Below are positions 41,765-52,298 of a DNA stretch of 64,000 bases, piece after piece. The DNA comes from an uncultured Gammaproteobacteria bacterium (GTDB lineage Bacteria > Pseudomonadota > Gammaproteobacteria > JAURND01), in NCBI GenBank assembly GCA_963714975.1, contig CAVQQD010000001.1, forward strand, positions 352,001-416,000, given 5' to 3'. Position numbers and translations under genes: made by a program. The notes beneath the pieces are model-generated. The model worked only from the letters and a program-made list of their open reading frames with translations. It was not told the origin of the DNA and did not search any database. Each line of letters starts with the position of its first letter. The stretch's first letter is position 1.

Positions 41765-41995
41765 ATGGCACAATTACTTATTCGGGATTTAGATGTAGAC
41801 CTTATAAAACGCTTAAAACAGCAAGCAAAACAACACCGCCGCTCATTGCAAGGAGAACTAAAATTTATTGTTGAGAATGCTACAAAAATGTCTATGGAGG
41901 AAGCCTATCATTGTAGCGAAATGTGGCATAAACGCTTAAGTAGCCGGAAGTTTAGTGATAGCACTAAGCTACTTAGAAAGGATCGAGAACGTTGA
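41765..41995 (+). CDS. FitA-like ribbon-helix-helix antitoxin
   Basis: MAQLLIRDLD...LKQQAKQHRRSLQGEL; overlaps the PIN toxin gene. Confidence 0.88.
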   Translation: MAQLLIRDLDVDLIKRLKQQAKQHRRSLQGELKFIVENATKMSMEEAYHCSEMWHKRLSSRKFSDSTKLLRKDRER

Positions 41996-42417
41996 TCAGA
42001 GAAAAAATAGTGGTAGATGCCAGTGTTGCCATTAAATGGTTTATTCCTGAAGTTCATTCGCTTCATGCCGCACGCTTGTTCAAGAAATCAGCAAAATTAT
42101 TAGCCCCAGACTTGATTATGGCCGAAGTTGGCAATATTTTATGGAAAAAATGCCGATTAAAAGCGCTAGAAATAAATGAGGCCACTGAAATTCTTAATAG
42201 TTTTCAAAGGATGCCGCTTGATATCTATGAAACGAAACAATTGCTTAATACGGCATGGGCAATTGCAACACAGCATCAGCGCACCCTCTACGACAGCTTA
42301 TATTTAGCATTAGCTGAAACAACAGGCTGTCCACTAATCACCGCCGATCGTGCTTTTTTTAATGCCTTACAAAATTCTCATTTAGCCCCATTAATGATTT
42401 GGGTAGAGCAAATTTAA
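41992..42417 (+). CDS. vapC: VapC/PIN-domain toxin
   Basis: VVDASVAIKW, E, YDSLYLALA and LITAD motifs. Confidence 0.9.
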   Translation: MIREKIVVDASVAIKWFIPEVHSLHAARLFKKSAKLLAPDLIMAEVGNILWKKCRLKALEINEATEILNSFQRMPLDIYETKQLLNTAWAIATQHQRTLYDSLYLALAETTGCPLITADRAFFNALQNSHLAPLMIWVEQI

Positions 42418-42482
42418 TATGCAGATTGCCTGGCACTACTGTATTGTTGAGTCAAAAGCATTTTGGTTCTATGAAGTTTTGA

Positions 42483-42662
42483 GTGGGTAATATATCCTTC
42501 TCCCCTTGTGGGGGAATTATTCAACAACGCCCCCACAAGGGGAGAAGGAAAAAAACCCAACAAGCATTAGCACGCAAACTTGTGAGGCAAGGTATGACGT
42601 TAGAAGAAATTGCTACACTGCTAGATTTATCACTCGATGAGCTTAGCGAGTTAACAAAATAG
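42483..42662 (+). pseudogene. Orphan Rpn-type C-terminal segment fused to a family E palindrome
   Basis: ...KKTQQALARKLVRQGMTLEEIATLLDLSLDELSELTK*; compare the tail AKAIRLLEKGFPVEQVAELTKL of rpn. Confidence 0.55.
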
Positions 42663-42672
42663 AGTAATGTGC

Positions 42673-43752
42673 CTAACTACGCTGCACTATTTCACTCATA
42701 TGAAACAGCTTGGCATTAGCAGCTCCGCCCAAATCAGCTAAAACCGCCTTCTCTACCCCGGTAATAAAAACTTGGGCAGCCATTTCATGTAAAACTTCCG
42801 CTACCCGCTGACGATTTATACTGTCCAATTCCGCAGGTAAATCATCTAGTAGATAAATACATTGCTTATTGGTTTCCGTACCCAACAAAATTCCTTGCGC
42901 TAAACGCATCGCGTAAACCAACATTTTTTGCTGCCCGTGAGACAAAACCTCATGGGCAGGAATAGTTTTTGCCATTCGAACCAGTAAATCGGCACGTTGT
43001 GGTCCATATTGGGTGTAGCCAAGCTGCAGATCTCGCTGCAGGGATTCTGCAAGCACCTCAGCCAAGCTCACAACTTCGTTCCAGCCGGCTTTGTAAGTGA
43101 TACTAAGCAAGTTTTCCCCGAAGAATCTTTCAACCAAGGAGTTAAAGATGGGAATAAATCTGGCCACATACTGCTTGCGCACTTGGCTCAAAACCATCGC
43201 CGTTTTCTCTAGTTCAGCATCCCACAACTGAATCAGCGCGGGAGAAGCGCGCATGCGCAATGCCGCATTACGTTGTTTTAAAATTCGAGCTGCCTGCTGC
43301 CAACAAGAAAAAAAATGTGGTTCCACGTGGAACGTACCCCAGTCCATAAATTGCCGACGCAACTTGGGGCTCCCGGTGAGCAATAAACGACATTCTGTAT
43401 TTAATAGTTGCAGTGGTAAAAGTTTGGTAATTTCCAGGACTGACCGAACATTTGCTTGATTAATTCGCATTCGGCTCTCGCCGTTACTATGGCGCTCTAT
43501 CCCCACAGCAAATGAAGAACCTGCCTGTTCAATTCTCCCAAATACAGAAAAATGCTCTGCTTCTTGATTAATAATTCTTGCTGGCAGCCGGGTACGAAAA
43601 GAACGACCCAGACCTAGATAGTGAATTGCCTCCAAAAGACTGGTTTTGCCACTACCATTAGGTCCATAGATTAAATTAAACTGGGGAATAAAATCGGCTG
43701 TTACTTGCGCCAGATTGCGCAGATTATTGACAGCAAATGCAACTAAGCTCAT
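42673..43752 (-). CDS. recF: DNA replication/repair protein RecF
   Basis: GPNGSGKTSLLEAI, RRQFMDWG, LSHGQQK and LLDD motifs. Confidence 0.96.
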   Translation of the reverse strand: MSLVAFAVNNLRNLAQVTADFIPQFNLIYGPNGSGKTSLLEAIHYLGLGRSFRTRLPARIINQEAEHFSVFGRIEQAGSSFAVGIERHSNGESRMRINQANVRSVLEITKLLPLQLLNTECRLLLTGSPKLRRQFMDWGTFHVEPHFFSCWQQAARILKQRNAALRMRASPALIQLWDAELEKTAMVLSQVRKQYVARFIPIFNSLVERFFGENLLSITYKAGWNEVVSLAEVLAESLQRDLQLGYTQYGPQRADLLVRMAKTIPAHEVLSHGQQKMLVYAMRLAQGILLGTETNKQCIYLLDDLPAELDSINRQRVAEVLHEMAAQVFITGVEKAVLADLGGAANAKLFHMSEIVQRS

Positions 43753-44894
43753 AACTGCAGAGGCATGATTAAAAACAAGTGATCGTTACTTGATGAAACC
43801 TCGGTAACAAACATGCGGTTGATGGCATCTGTAAAGGTTAATTTGACTTCGGCGTCAGTTACTATGTTTAATACATCCAAAAGATAATTGACGTTAAAAG
43901 CAATTTCTACCAATTCTTGCTTATAATCTACCGCCACAGTTTCTTCTGCTTCCTCCTGCTCGAGATTCCTCGATGCAATGCGCAAGGAATCCTCACTCAA
44001 TTGAAAGCTCACCACTCGGCATTTATCACTGGATAAAATGGCCATCCGCAACAATGACTCTCTTAATAACTCACGGTTCATTAAAACCGTCTTACCAGTC
44101 TCGCGTGGGAATATGCGCTCATAATCAGGGAATCGACTGTCAATTAATCTAGAAGTAAATACAAAATCTTTGCTAGATACCCGAAGATGATTTTGCCCCA
44201 AGATTACTGTCAGTTCTGACGCTTTATTACCTCCCAATAATCGCATTAACTCCAGAACCCCCTTGCGCGACACCACAACCTGCGCAGCAACTGCTGGGTC
44301 TACAGTGACGGCTTGATGATTCATTGCAAAACGATGACCATCAGTAGTTACAGCAATTAATTTCCCTTGTTTAATTTCCAGCAGCATACCATTTAAATAA
44401 TGACGGACATCTTGCTGCGCCATAGCAAAGTGCGTACGCAACAGAAGATTATTGAATTCTTTTTGCCCAATAGCAAATTCCAACAATTCCTCACTTTCTT
44501 CAAAACGTGGGAATTCCTCCGCCGGCAATGTAGCCAAAACAAAACGACTGCACCCGGCACGGATAAGCAATCGCCCTGCGCCATCCTCTTGCAATTCTAT
44601 TTGGGCTTGTGCGGGCAACACACGACAAATATCCAAGAGCTTGCGTCCAGAGACCGTAGTAGGTTTGGGTTGTGGGTGAGTAAGAGCTTGTGCCTGCGAA
44701 GCATCAGCTGTGTGGGTAAATTTTGCATTAGCGGCCAACTCTATTTCCAGGTCTGTTGCGGTCAAAGATAGCTCTTGATCCTCCACGGTCAAAAGCACAT
44801 TGGCTAAGATACGTTTCGTTTGGCGTCGTTCCACCACGCCTACTACTAATTGCAAAGGCTCTAACAATGCTTCACGTTGAATACTTAAGTGCAT
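43749..44894 (-). CDS. dnaN: DNA polymerase III beta clamp
   Basis: ATDLE, QQDVRHYLNG, TDGHR, FPDY and IMP motifs. Confidence 0.96.
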   Translation of the reverse strand: MHLSIQREALLEPLQLVVGVVERRQTKRILANVLLTVEDQELSLTATDLEIELAANAKFTHTADASQAQALTHPQPKPTTVSGRKLLDICRVLPAQAQIELQEDGAGRLLIRAGCSRFVLATLPAEEFPRFEESEELLEFAIGQKEFNNLLLRTHFAMAQQDVRHYLNGMLLEIKQGKLIAVTTDGHRFAMNHQAVTVDPAVAAQVVVSRKGVLELMRLLGGNKASELTVILGQNHLRVSSKDFVFTSRLIDSRFPDYERIFPRETGKTVLMNRELLRESLLRMAILSSDKCRVVSFQLSEDSLRIASRNLEQEEAEETVAVDYKQELVEIAFNVNYLLDVLNIVTDAEVKLTFTDAINRMFVTEVSSSNDHLFLIMPLQL

Positions 44895-44917
44895 CAGCTG
44901 TTCCTCTTTTAGGACCC

Positions 44918-46268
44918 TCAGGTCGATAAGATACGCAACAAATTAATATAGTCGACTTTTAAATCTAACTCTGCCTCAATTAAGTCTTTAATTTTGCGAC
45001 AAGCATGCAAGACAGTCGTGTGATCGCGCCCGCCAAAGGCATCACCAATTTCCGGCAGACTATGATTGGTTAGTTCTTTAGCTAAAGCCATGGCCATTTG
45101 TCTTGCTCTGGCTAAAAAACGATTGCGTGCGTTTAGATAACAAATCAGCCATTTTAATTTTATAATATTCAGCCACAGTTTTCTGAATATTTTCAATAGA
45201 TAACTAATTTATCTTGAACCGCCAATAAGTCTTTTAATGCTTCGCGAGCAAAATCTAAGGTAATCGGTTGCCGGTAAAATGGGCATTAGCAATAACTCGT
45301 TTTAAGGCGCCTTCTAATTCCCGCACATTCGATTGAATCCGTTTGGCAATAAAAAAAGCAACTTCATGAGGTAAATCAATATTCGATTGTTCAGCTTTAC
45401 TCATTAAAATAGCCACTCGAGTTTCTAGTTCAGGGGGTTCAACAGCAACGGTTAATCCCCAACCAAAACGAGATTTCAATCGCTCTTCCACGCCATTGAT
45501 TTCTTTAGGATAACGGTCGCAGGTCAAGAATAATTTGATGTTGCGCATCTAACAGAGCATTAAATGTATGAAAAAATTCTTCTTGTGAGCGATCTTTTCC
45601 GGCAAAAAATTGAATATCATCAATCAACAAAGCATCTACTGAGCGATAATAGCGTTTAAATTCATTCATGGCATTTCGTTGCAATGCTTTGACCATATCA
45701 GCCACAAAACGCTCTGAATGCAAATAGAGAACTTGTGCGTTAGGTTTGTTTTGCAAAATATGATTGCCAATCGCATGCATTAAATGTGTTTTACCCAAGC
45801 CCACGCCACCATAAATAAACAAGGGATTATAAGCCGACCCTGGGTGTCTCAGCCACTTGGATGGCTGCGGCTCGAGCTAATTGATTGGATTTTCCTTCGA
45901 CAAAAGTTTTCGAAATTAAATAATGGATTGGGCTTGTTAATCACCCCTAAACCAAATTTTGGTTTTAGCGGTCCGGCCATCAGAGGCATTCGCCGGTTTC
46001 TCTTGCTGAACAATGCTCGAGATGCTTCCTACGAGTAAGTGTACTATGCGGATCGCGCCTGCAGAAAGCTCGAGTACTTGGTCAAGGTAATTTGGTCTGC
46101 TAAGGAACGTTCACGAACGCGATCCATCACAAAATGATTAGGCGCAAAAAGCAATAACTGATTGTGGTCAAATTCTATTTGTAATGGCCTTATCCAAATA
46201 TTAAATTCTTCAGTGTTAATTGTGCTTAGCCGATCAATGCATTTTTGCCAAATAGATGTTAAATCCAC
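44918..46268 (-). CDS. dnaA: Chromosomal replication initiator DnaA (many apparent frameshifts, probably consensus errors)
   Basis: Fragments [42 protein letters not shown] and GGRDHTTV appear in order across frames. Confidence 0.93.
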
Positions 46269-46385
46269 TCAATTATCCTCGGAAATTTGTTGGCTAATTC
46301 TGGTTGCCTGACTTATTACCACTATAGTTTTACACACACTATGGCCGCTAAAATAGCGGCCTATTTCTGACGAGGTAAAAGTATT

Positions 46386-47269
46386 ATGAATTTTTTTAAT
46401 AATGAAACGTGGAAAGTAAAAGCTCGGATTAGCCGAAATGTTAAAAGGCGGGGTAATCATGGACGTCACCACGCCAGCACAGGCCATCATAGCCGAAGCG
46501 GCGGGTGCCTGTGCGGTAATGGCATTAGAGCGTATCCCTCAGATATCCGTCGAATAGGGGGGTGGCCCGTATGTCCTCTCCCAAAATCATCCAAGAAATA
46601 ATGTCTGCAGTTTCCATTCCCGTGATGGCGAAAGCCCGTATCGGGCATTTTGCCGAAGCCAAGTATTGCAGGCGCTTGAAGTAGATTTCGTAGATGAAAG
46701 TGAAGTATTACGCCAGCAGATGAGGAGCACCATATCAATAAGCATGATTTCCGTGTGCCCTTCGTCTGTGGTTGCCGCAATTTAGGAGAAGCGCTGCGCC
46801 GGATTGCCGAGGGTGCTGCCATGATACGCACTAAAGGTGAAGCGGGATCTGGCAATATCGTGGAAGCTGTTCGTCATATGCGTGCCATCATCAGTGAGAT
46901 GCGCCGGTTGACAGTGTTGAGCCCAGAAGAACATCTTCGGCAGCTAAGAAATTAGCAGCCCCATTGGAATTAGTAAGTGGGTAGCTGAACATGGAAAACT
47001 TACCCGTCCCAATTTTTCTGCAGGAGGAATTTCCACCCCAGCCGATGCTTCTTTAGTCCGGCAATTAGGTGCAGAAGCGGTATTCGTAGGCTCAGGCATT
47101 TTCAAATCCAGCGACCCTGAGGCGCGCGCTCGAAGCCATCGTCATCGCGACTACACATTATGATAATCCCCAGAGTGGTCCTTGAGGCCTCTCACATTTG
47201 GGTGATGCGATGCCTGGATAGATATTCGCCTATTACCGACATGAGCTACTGCAAAATCGCAGCGAATAA
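46386..47269 (+). CDS. pdxS: PLP synthase subunit PdxS (multiple apparent frameshifts)
   Basis: [45 protein letters not shown] and FVGSGIFKS appear across frames. Confidence 0.9.
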
Positions 47270-47272
47270 TTT

Positions 47273-47834
47273 ATGCGCATTGGTATTTTAGCGTTGCAAG
47301 GTGGATATGCTGCCCATGCGGAAGATGTTGAGCAGATTAAATATTGCCTGGTGTTATGTGCGCCAAGTTGCGGACTTGACCCAGATTAATGGTCTTATTT
47401 TACCAGGCGGCGAAAGCTCAACAGCGTTGCTACTGCTACACCGAGAAGGCCTAGATAAAGCGATCCGAGCAGCAAGTGCTCAGGGCTTGCCCTTATTTGG
47501 CACTTGCGCGGGGGCTATTTTATTGGCAAAGCAGGTTCTATCACCTCCCCAAGCGAGCTTAGGTTTAGTGGATGTGAGCATTCAGCGTAATGCCTACGGG
47601 CGCCAACTCGCCAGTCATGTTGCCCAAGGACAGAGCTCACTGCAGTCAGAACCTATGGAAATGGTATTTATTCGCGCACCCCGTTTCTTGGAATGGGGCG
47701 AGAATGTGAAGGTAATCGCCTCACTTGCTGACGAAGCTGTTTGCCTGCAACAAGACCGCATTCTACTCGCAACCTTCCACCCCGAGCTGACTACAGATAG
47801 ATCTTGCATCGTTATTTTATTGAGCTTTGTATAG
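47273..47834 (+). CDS. pdxT: PLP synthase glutaminase subunit PdxT (apparent frameshifts)
   Basis: MRIGILALQG, LPGGESS, GTCAG, RNAYGRQ, FIRAP and FHPELT motifs. Confidence 0.9.
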
Positions 47835-47996
47835 AGAATTCCCTTCTCCCATTTATGGGAGAAGGTGGCCGCAGGCCGGATGAGGGTGCATCAGTTGGCT
47901 GAAAGTGTGACGAAAGCGCCAACCCATCGCAGGCGATGGTAGAATTTTTGAGCCCTAGTTTTTCAGCGGAATCTATTGTAGGATTTACGTCCCGTT

Positions 47997-48073
47997 GGCT
48001 ATGTAGCTCAGCTGGTTAGAGCGCGGCACTCATAATGCTGAGGTCGGTGGTTCGAGTCCACCCATAGCCACCA
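47997..48073 (+). tRNA. tRNA-Met (CAT), elongator type
   Basis: GGCTATG/CATAGCC acceptor stem, D arm, CTCATAA anticodon loop, GTTCGAG T loop and encoded CCA; 77 nt. Confidence 0.93.
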
Positions 48074-48713
48074 ACTTTTTTTTGTCGAGTTCATGCAGAA
48101 AGTCCCTGTTGGCCTCAGTATTAGCACAATCAGTAATGCGCATTTTACCGTCCGGCGTTGGCAGTTCAATTCCATTCTCAGCCCCGCAAGTCAAATTTTC
48201 TGGGTTAGTGCTGTTGTAGCGAAGACGGTGGGTATGTTGCAGCACTCAACTAATAATACAGCTGACGGAACCCGGCCTTAAATATTTCATTTCCTTTGCT
48301 TGTTCATTTCCACCTCCCCCATGCAAAGAGACACTGCGGGTATCGATTTTCAACTGCTTAAAAACACTATCTACACGAGACATTATATTTTCATCATGAC
48401 TGTTGATGGCCATTTCAGATATTTGTCTTGTTTGATCTTTTAACTGCTCGACAAACTTGGGCTGACTTGGCCATGGTTCGTTTTCCATAAAATACAACAG
48501 CATCTCCGAATTCTGTTGTTGTATAACATAATCCAGAATGCGTAAATTATGAACAAGTGGGGTAGCTAACAAATTATAAATTCTATCACTACCCTTTTTT
48601 GCTTCTTCTACAAAAAAACTCTGGTTCCGATTATCAATAGCGATTTTCACTTGTTGCTTAAATTTTTCTTCAGGTACCCAAGTAAACATAGAAGGATGAG
48701 ACGGATTAAACAT
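48030..48713 (-). pseudogene. Hypothetical gene with an in-frame TGA at 48246-48248; the frame continues antisense into the tRNA
   Basis: ORFs 48246-48713 and 48030-48245 are contiguous and in the same frame; AGGAG SD at the start. Confidence 0.5.
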
Positions 48714-49005
48714 AATGACTCCTATTTACACCCAAGACAAAATGGGCAATGTGAAAGTTATATTTTTTTCCTTTTTCATAAAAAGCATCCACTCGACCTT
48801 GAAGGAATGGTTCAACCAAGAAACTAATCCGAAAAACCAAGCAAGTCAAATTTTTTTGGGTTAGCTGCAATCAAAGCGCTGCGGGAGAAGGGAGTTTTGA
48901 AGAGGCACGGAGCCCCAGCGAGGAGTAGGAATTCCGCTGGTTGTTAATTGAAGTTGCTAGCGGTATAGTTATGCGCAGTTCCTAATGAACACGAAGGATT
49001 TATTT

Positions 49006-49782
49006 ATGAAAAAATTCGTTTCCCTTTTGCTGTTCCTGTTAGCACTTGGCTTACCTGCTTATGGCCAGCAAAAAGTTGTGGATGTAGCTCATTTTTTTCA
49101 GGGAAAAAATGGTTGCTTTCTCTTGTATAACCTAAGCCAAAATCAATGGATGACCGCTTATAATCCGGCGCGCTGTGCTGAAAGAATTTCTCCTTATTCG
49201 ACCTTCAAAATACCACTTTCGTTGATGGCCTTTGACCAGCATGTAATTTCACAAAATACCAGATTTAAATGGGATGGTCAGGATAAAGGTAGACCTGAAT
49301 GGAATCAGGATCAAACTCCGCAAACTTGGCTCAAGTATTCTGTAGTTTGGGTTTCTCAGTTACTAACACCCCAATTAGGGTTAGATAAAATCAAAAATTA
49401 TTTGCGAATATTTAATTATGGCAATCAGGATTTCTCCGGTGGCCTAACTACCGCCTGGTTGGGAAGCAGCTTGAAAATTTCTGCAGATGAACAATTGCAG
49501 TTTATGAAAAATTTGGTGAACAATAAGCTACCCATTTCCTCAGCAGCAATGAACAATACCAAGCAGAATTTATATTTGCAAACCTCTCCACAGGGTTGGA
49601 AACTCTATGGTAAAAGCGGCAGTGGTGCTAATGAAGGATGGTTTATTGGCTATGTACAAAAAGATCAGAAAACGTACCTGTTTGCTCTTAATTTTACCCA
49701 ACCACCTTCTGCAACACCTGCCGGTACTCAAGCTAGGGATTTAGCCCAAAAATTGCTTATGCAGTGGGGGCCATTTTTTTGA
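49006..49782 (+). CDS. blaOXA: Class D (OXA-type) beta-lactamase
   Basis: Signal peptide with STFK, SVV, YGN, WL.SSLKISA.EQ and KSG motifs; no BlaR membrane domain. Confidence 0.9.
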   Translation: MKKFVSLLLFLLALGLPAYGQQKVVDVAHFFQGKNGCFLLYNLSQNQWMTAYNPARCAERISPYSTFKIPLSLMAFDQHVISQNTRFKWDGQDKGRPEWNQDQTPQTWLKYSVVWVSQLLTPQLGLDKIKNYLRIFNYGNQDFSGGLTTAWLGSSLKISADEQLQFMKNLVNNKLPISSAAMNNTKQNLYLQTSPQGWKLYGKSGSGANEGWFIGYVQKDQKTYLFALNFTQPPSATPAGTQARDLAQKLLMQWGPFF

Positions 49783-49791
49783 ACCAAGTTC

Positions 49792-50802
49792 TTAAACATT
49801 ACGGTTGATAGCAAACTGCGCAATCTCTAATAAACCCCGCTTATAATCACTGTCGGGAAAAATTGCTAAGGCTGTTTCTGCTAATTGTATATAGCGTGTG
49901 GCACAGGTGTGAACATAATTAAACGCTCGGGTCGTTTTCATAATAGTTAAAATGACCTTAAAATCTTCTAATCCGCCTTGTTTTACTGCCTCGCGAATTA
50001 GCTTAGCTTCCTGGGGCGTTCCTTGTTGCATCGCATAAAGTAAGGGTAAGGTCACCTTACCTTCTGCTAAATCATCCCCCAAATTTTTACCACTTTGCGT
50101 TGAAGAGACGGCATAATCCAAGCAATCATCAATCATTTGAAACCCCATACCCAAATTTAGTCCATACTCGTATAAAGCCTGTATCTCAACAGCAGGGCTA
50201 TTAGCAATCATTGCGCCAATCTTGGTCGCGGCGGCAAAAAGGATGGCAGTTTTACAGCGAATGACTTCAAAATAATGCGCTTCAGATACCTCTGGGTTAT
50301 GACGATTAACAAGCTGCAAGACTTCACCCTGGGCGATGACATTCGTGGTTTGTGCTATCACCTCAATAATATCCAAGTTGCCGACTTGACTTAAGACTTG
50401 CATCGCACGGGAGTATAAAAAATCCCCCACTAAAACGCTGAAAGAATTACCCCAAATGGTATTCGCTGTGGGCTGGCCACGACGTAAGCTAGACATATCA
50501 ACGACATCATCATGCAACAAAGTGGCGGTATGAATATATTCAATCATCGCCGCTAATTTAATATGAGTATCACCCGCATATTGGCTAATTTTAGCGCTCA
50601 ACAAAGTGAGTAAGGGGCGCAAACGCTTACCGCCACTGCTGATGATATGCTCTGCCGCAGTACGGATTTGCAAAATCGGCGAATCGAGATGGTTTAAAAT
50701 TAATTGATTAACTTGTTCAAAATCAACCTTCACGAGTTGGCGTGTAAACTCCAACGAGGCTTGTTGAGAGGTATTAGGATGGTTTGTTAATTCTGATGCC
50801 AT
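49792..50802 (-). CDS. ispB: Octaprenyl-diphosphate synthase
   Basis: GGKRLRP, LHDDVVD, FQMIDD and GDDLAEGK motifs. Confidence 0.92.
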   Translation of the reverse strand: MASELTNHPNTSQQASLEFTRQLVKVDFEQVNQLILNHLDSPILQIRTAAEHIISSGGKRLRPLLTLLSAKISQYAGDTHIKLAAMIEYIHTATLLHDDVVDMSSLRRGQPTANTIWGNSFSVLVGDFLYSRAMQVLSQVGNLDIIEVIAQTTNVIAQGEVLQLVNRHNPEVSEAHYFEVIRCKTAILFAAATKIGAMIANSPAVEIQALYEYGLNLGMGFQMIDDCLDYAVSSTQSGKNLGDDLAEGKVTLPLLYAMQQGTPQEAKLIREAVKQGGLEDFKVILTIMKTTRAFNYVHTCATRYIQLAETALAIFPDSDYKRGLLEIAQFAINRNV

Positions 50803-50840
50803 TGATTTTCGCTTAACCGTTGTTTAAAATGCTCGTTCCT

Positions 50841-51467
50841 ATGACAGATTTTTTCTCTACATTCCTTATCATCGCCAGTATGCATTTTCTAGGGGTGATT
50901 GCACCAGGCCCTGACTTTGTGTTGGTGGCTCGTAATGCCCTACTTTACCCACGTCGCACGGCAATTTATACGGCTTTGGGTATTGCTTTAGGCATTATTG
51001 TCCATGTTAGCTATTGCGTGCTCGGATTGGCTGTTATTATTTCTCACTCCGTGACGTTGTTTTCCATACTCAAATACTTAGGCGGCGCTTACTTAATTTA
51101 TCTTGGCGTAAAAGCTTTACTCCCCGAAAAAACCAGTTCACCGGGATCTCCTACCCATTCCTGCACCTCTGCCATTTCAAATCGACAAGCGATATGGCAG
51201 GGATTTTTATGTAATGGCCTCAATGTAAAAGCATCTTTGTTTTTTTTGGGGCTATTTACTTTGGCTATTAAACCTTCTACCCCTTGGGGTTGGCAAGTTT
51301 TTTATGCAGCTTGGATGGTGATGGCGACATTTTTGTGGTTCACGGTACTTTCAATAATTATTACCAATCCACAGGTACGTGCTCGGCTCCTGTCTATCCA
51401 ACCTTGGGTTATCAAGATAATGGGCGTTGTATTGATTGTCTTTGGGGTTGGATTAGTTATTTGGTGA
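50841..51467 (+). CDS. LysE/RhtB family exporter
   Basis: PGPDF, GGAYLIYLG and N.LNVKA motifs. Confidence 0.9.
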   Translation: MTDFFSTFLIIASMHFLGVIAPGPDFVLVARNALLYPRRTAIYTALGIALGIIVHVSYCVLGLAVIISHSVTLFSILKYLGGAYLIYLGVKALLPEKTSSPGSPTHSCTSAISNRQAIWQGFLCNGLNVKASLFFLGLFTLAIKPSTPWGWQVFYAAWMVMATFLWFTVLSIIITNPQVRARLLSIQPWVIKIMGVVLIVFGVGLVIW

Positions 51468-51472
51468 GGCCT

Positions 51473-52249
51473 ATGCGTTTAATTCGAGTCTATTGTTCCC
51501 AGCCACTGAGTACAGGGTCCGAAGTGATACTGACTCCCCAAACCAGTCATCATTTGCTGCAGGTATTGCGGTTAAAATCAGGGGCAAAACTGAATGTATT
51601 TGACGGCAGGGGAAATGAATTTAGTGCCGAGCTGATGCTGGAGCCAAAAGGGCAGGCTCGAGTTTTGATCGCTGAAAAACAAGCCAGTCTAAGCGAATCT
51701 CCGTTGCATATTCACTTGATCCAAGGGATATCCCGAGGGGAGAAAATGGACTACACCTTGCAAAAAGCGGTGGAATTAGGAGTGTCCGAAATCACGCCTT
51801 TGTTCACAGCTTTTTGTGAAGTGAAATTGAATCCTGAGCGTCTGGAAAAACGCCTTGAGCATTGGCGCATGATTATGATGAATGCGTGCGAACAATGTGG
51901 TCGAAGCTATTTGCCTCGTCTCAATGCTCCTGCTTATTTTAAAGCATGGATAGGAGGAAAGGGGGATAGCGGGGATTTGCTGCGCCTGATTTTAACACCC
52001 ACAGCATCGCAACGTTTATTAAATTTCGACGTAAATCCTACGAGAGTCACATTAGTCATAGGCCCCGAAGGGGGATTTAGCGAAGAAGAACTTATAATTG
52101 CCCAACAACAAGGTTTCATAGGATGGCGCTTAGGTCCGAGAATACTGCGCACAGAAACCGCCGGCCTTGCGGCTATTAGCGCCCTCCAAATGCATTGGGG
52201 GGATTTCTCCCCTCTCCCCCAAAAAAGTATTGTGAGAGAAGGAATTTGA
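51473..52249 (+). CDS. rsmE: 16S rRNA m3U1498 methyltransferase
   Basis: HLLQVLRL, QKAVELG, EQCGR, IGPEGG and LGPRILRTETA motifs. Confidence 0.95.
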   Translation: MRLIRVYCSQPLSTGSEVILTPQTSHHLLQVLRLKSGAKLNVFDGRGNEFSAELMLEPKGQARVLIAEKQASLSESPLHIHLIQGISRGEKMDYTLQKAVELGVSEITPLFTAFCEVKLNPERLEKRLEHWRMIMMNACEQCGRSYLPRLNAPAYFKAWIGGKGDSGDLLRLILTPTASQRLLNFDVNPTRVTLVIGPEGGFSEEELIIAQQQGFIGWRLGPRILRTETAGLAAISALQMHWGDFSPLPQKSIVREGI

Positions 52250-52298
52250 TGCCAAAATGCTAAGCGGTAATTAAGCTAATAAATAAAAGGAGAGCAAT

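Noticed and set aside
44655-44720. Roughly 15-aa insertion in DnaN as another repeat-derived peptide
   Set aside because: The sequence is not palindromic and matches none of the repeat families seen here.
44918-46268. dnaA as a true pseudogene
   Set aside because: Neighbouring pdxST show the same indel density with conserved motifs, so sequence error is more parsimonious.
46269-46385. oriC next to dnaA
   Set aside because: Only 117 bp with one DnaA box and no extended AT-rich tract; more likely an autoregulatory site.
47997-48073. Initiator tRNA-fMet or tRNA-Ile2
   Set aside because: G1-C72 is paired and the anticodon stem lacks three consecutive G-C pairs; the GGCTA- acceptor stem resembles elongator Met. 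Ile2 is not fully excluded.
51284-51472. Long N-terminal extension of RsmE
   Set aside because: It overlaps the LysE gene in another frame; the ATG at 51473 has a GAGG SD and matches the family start.
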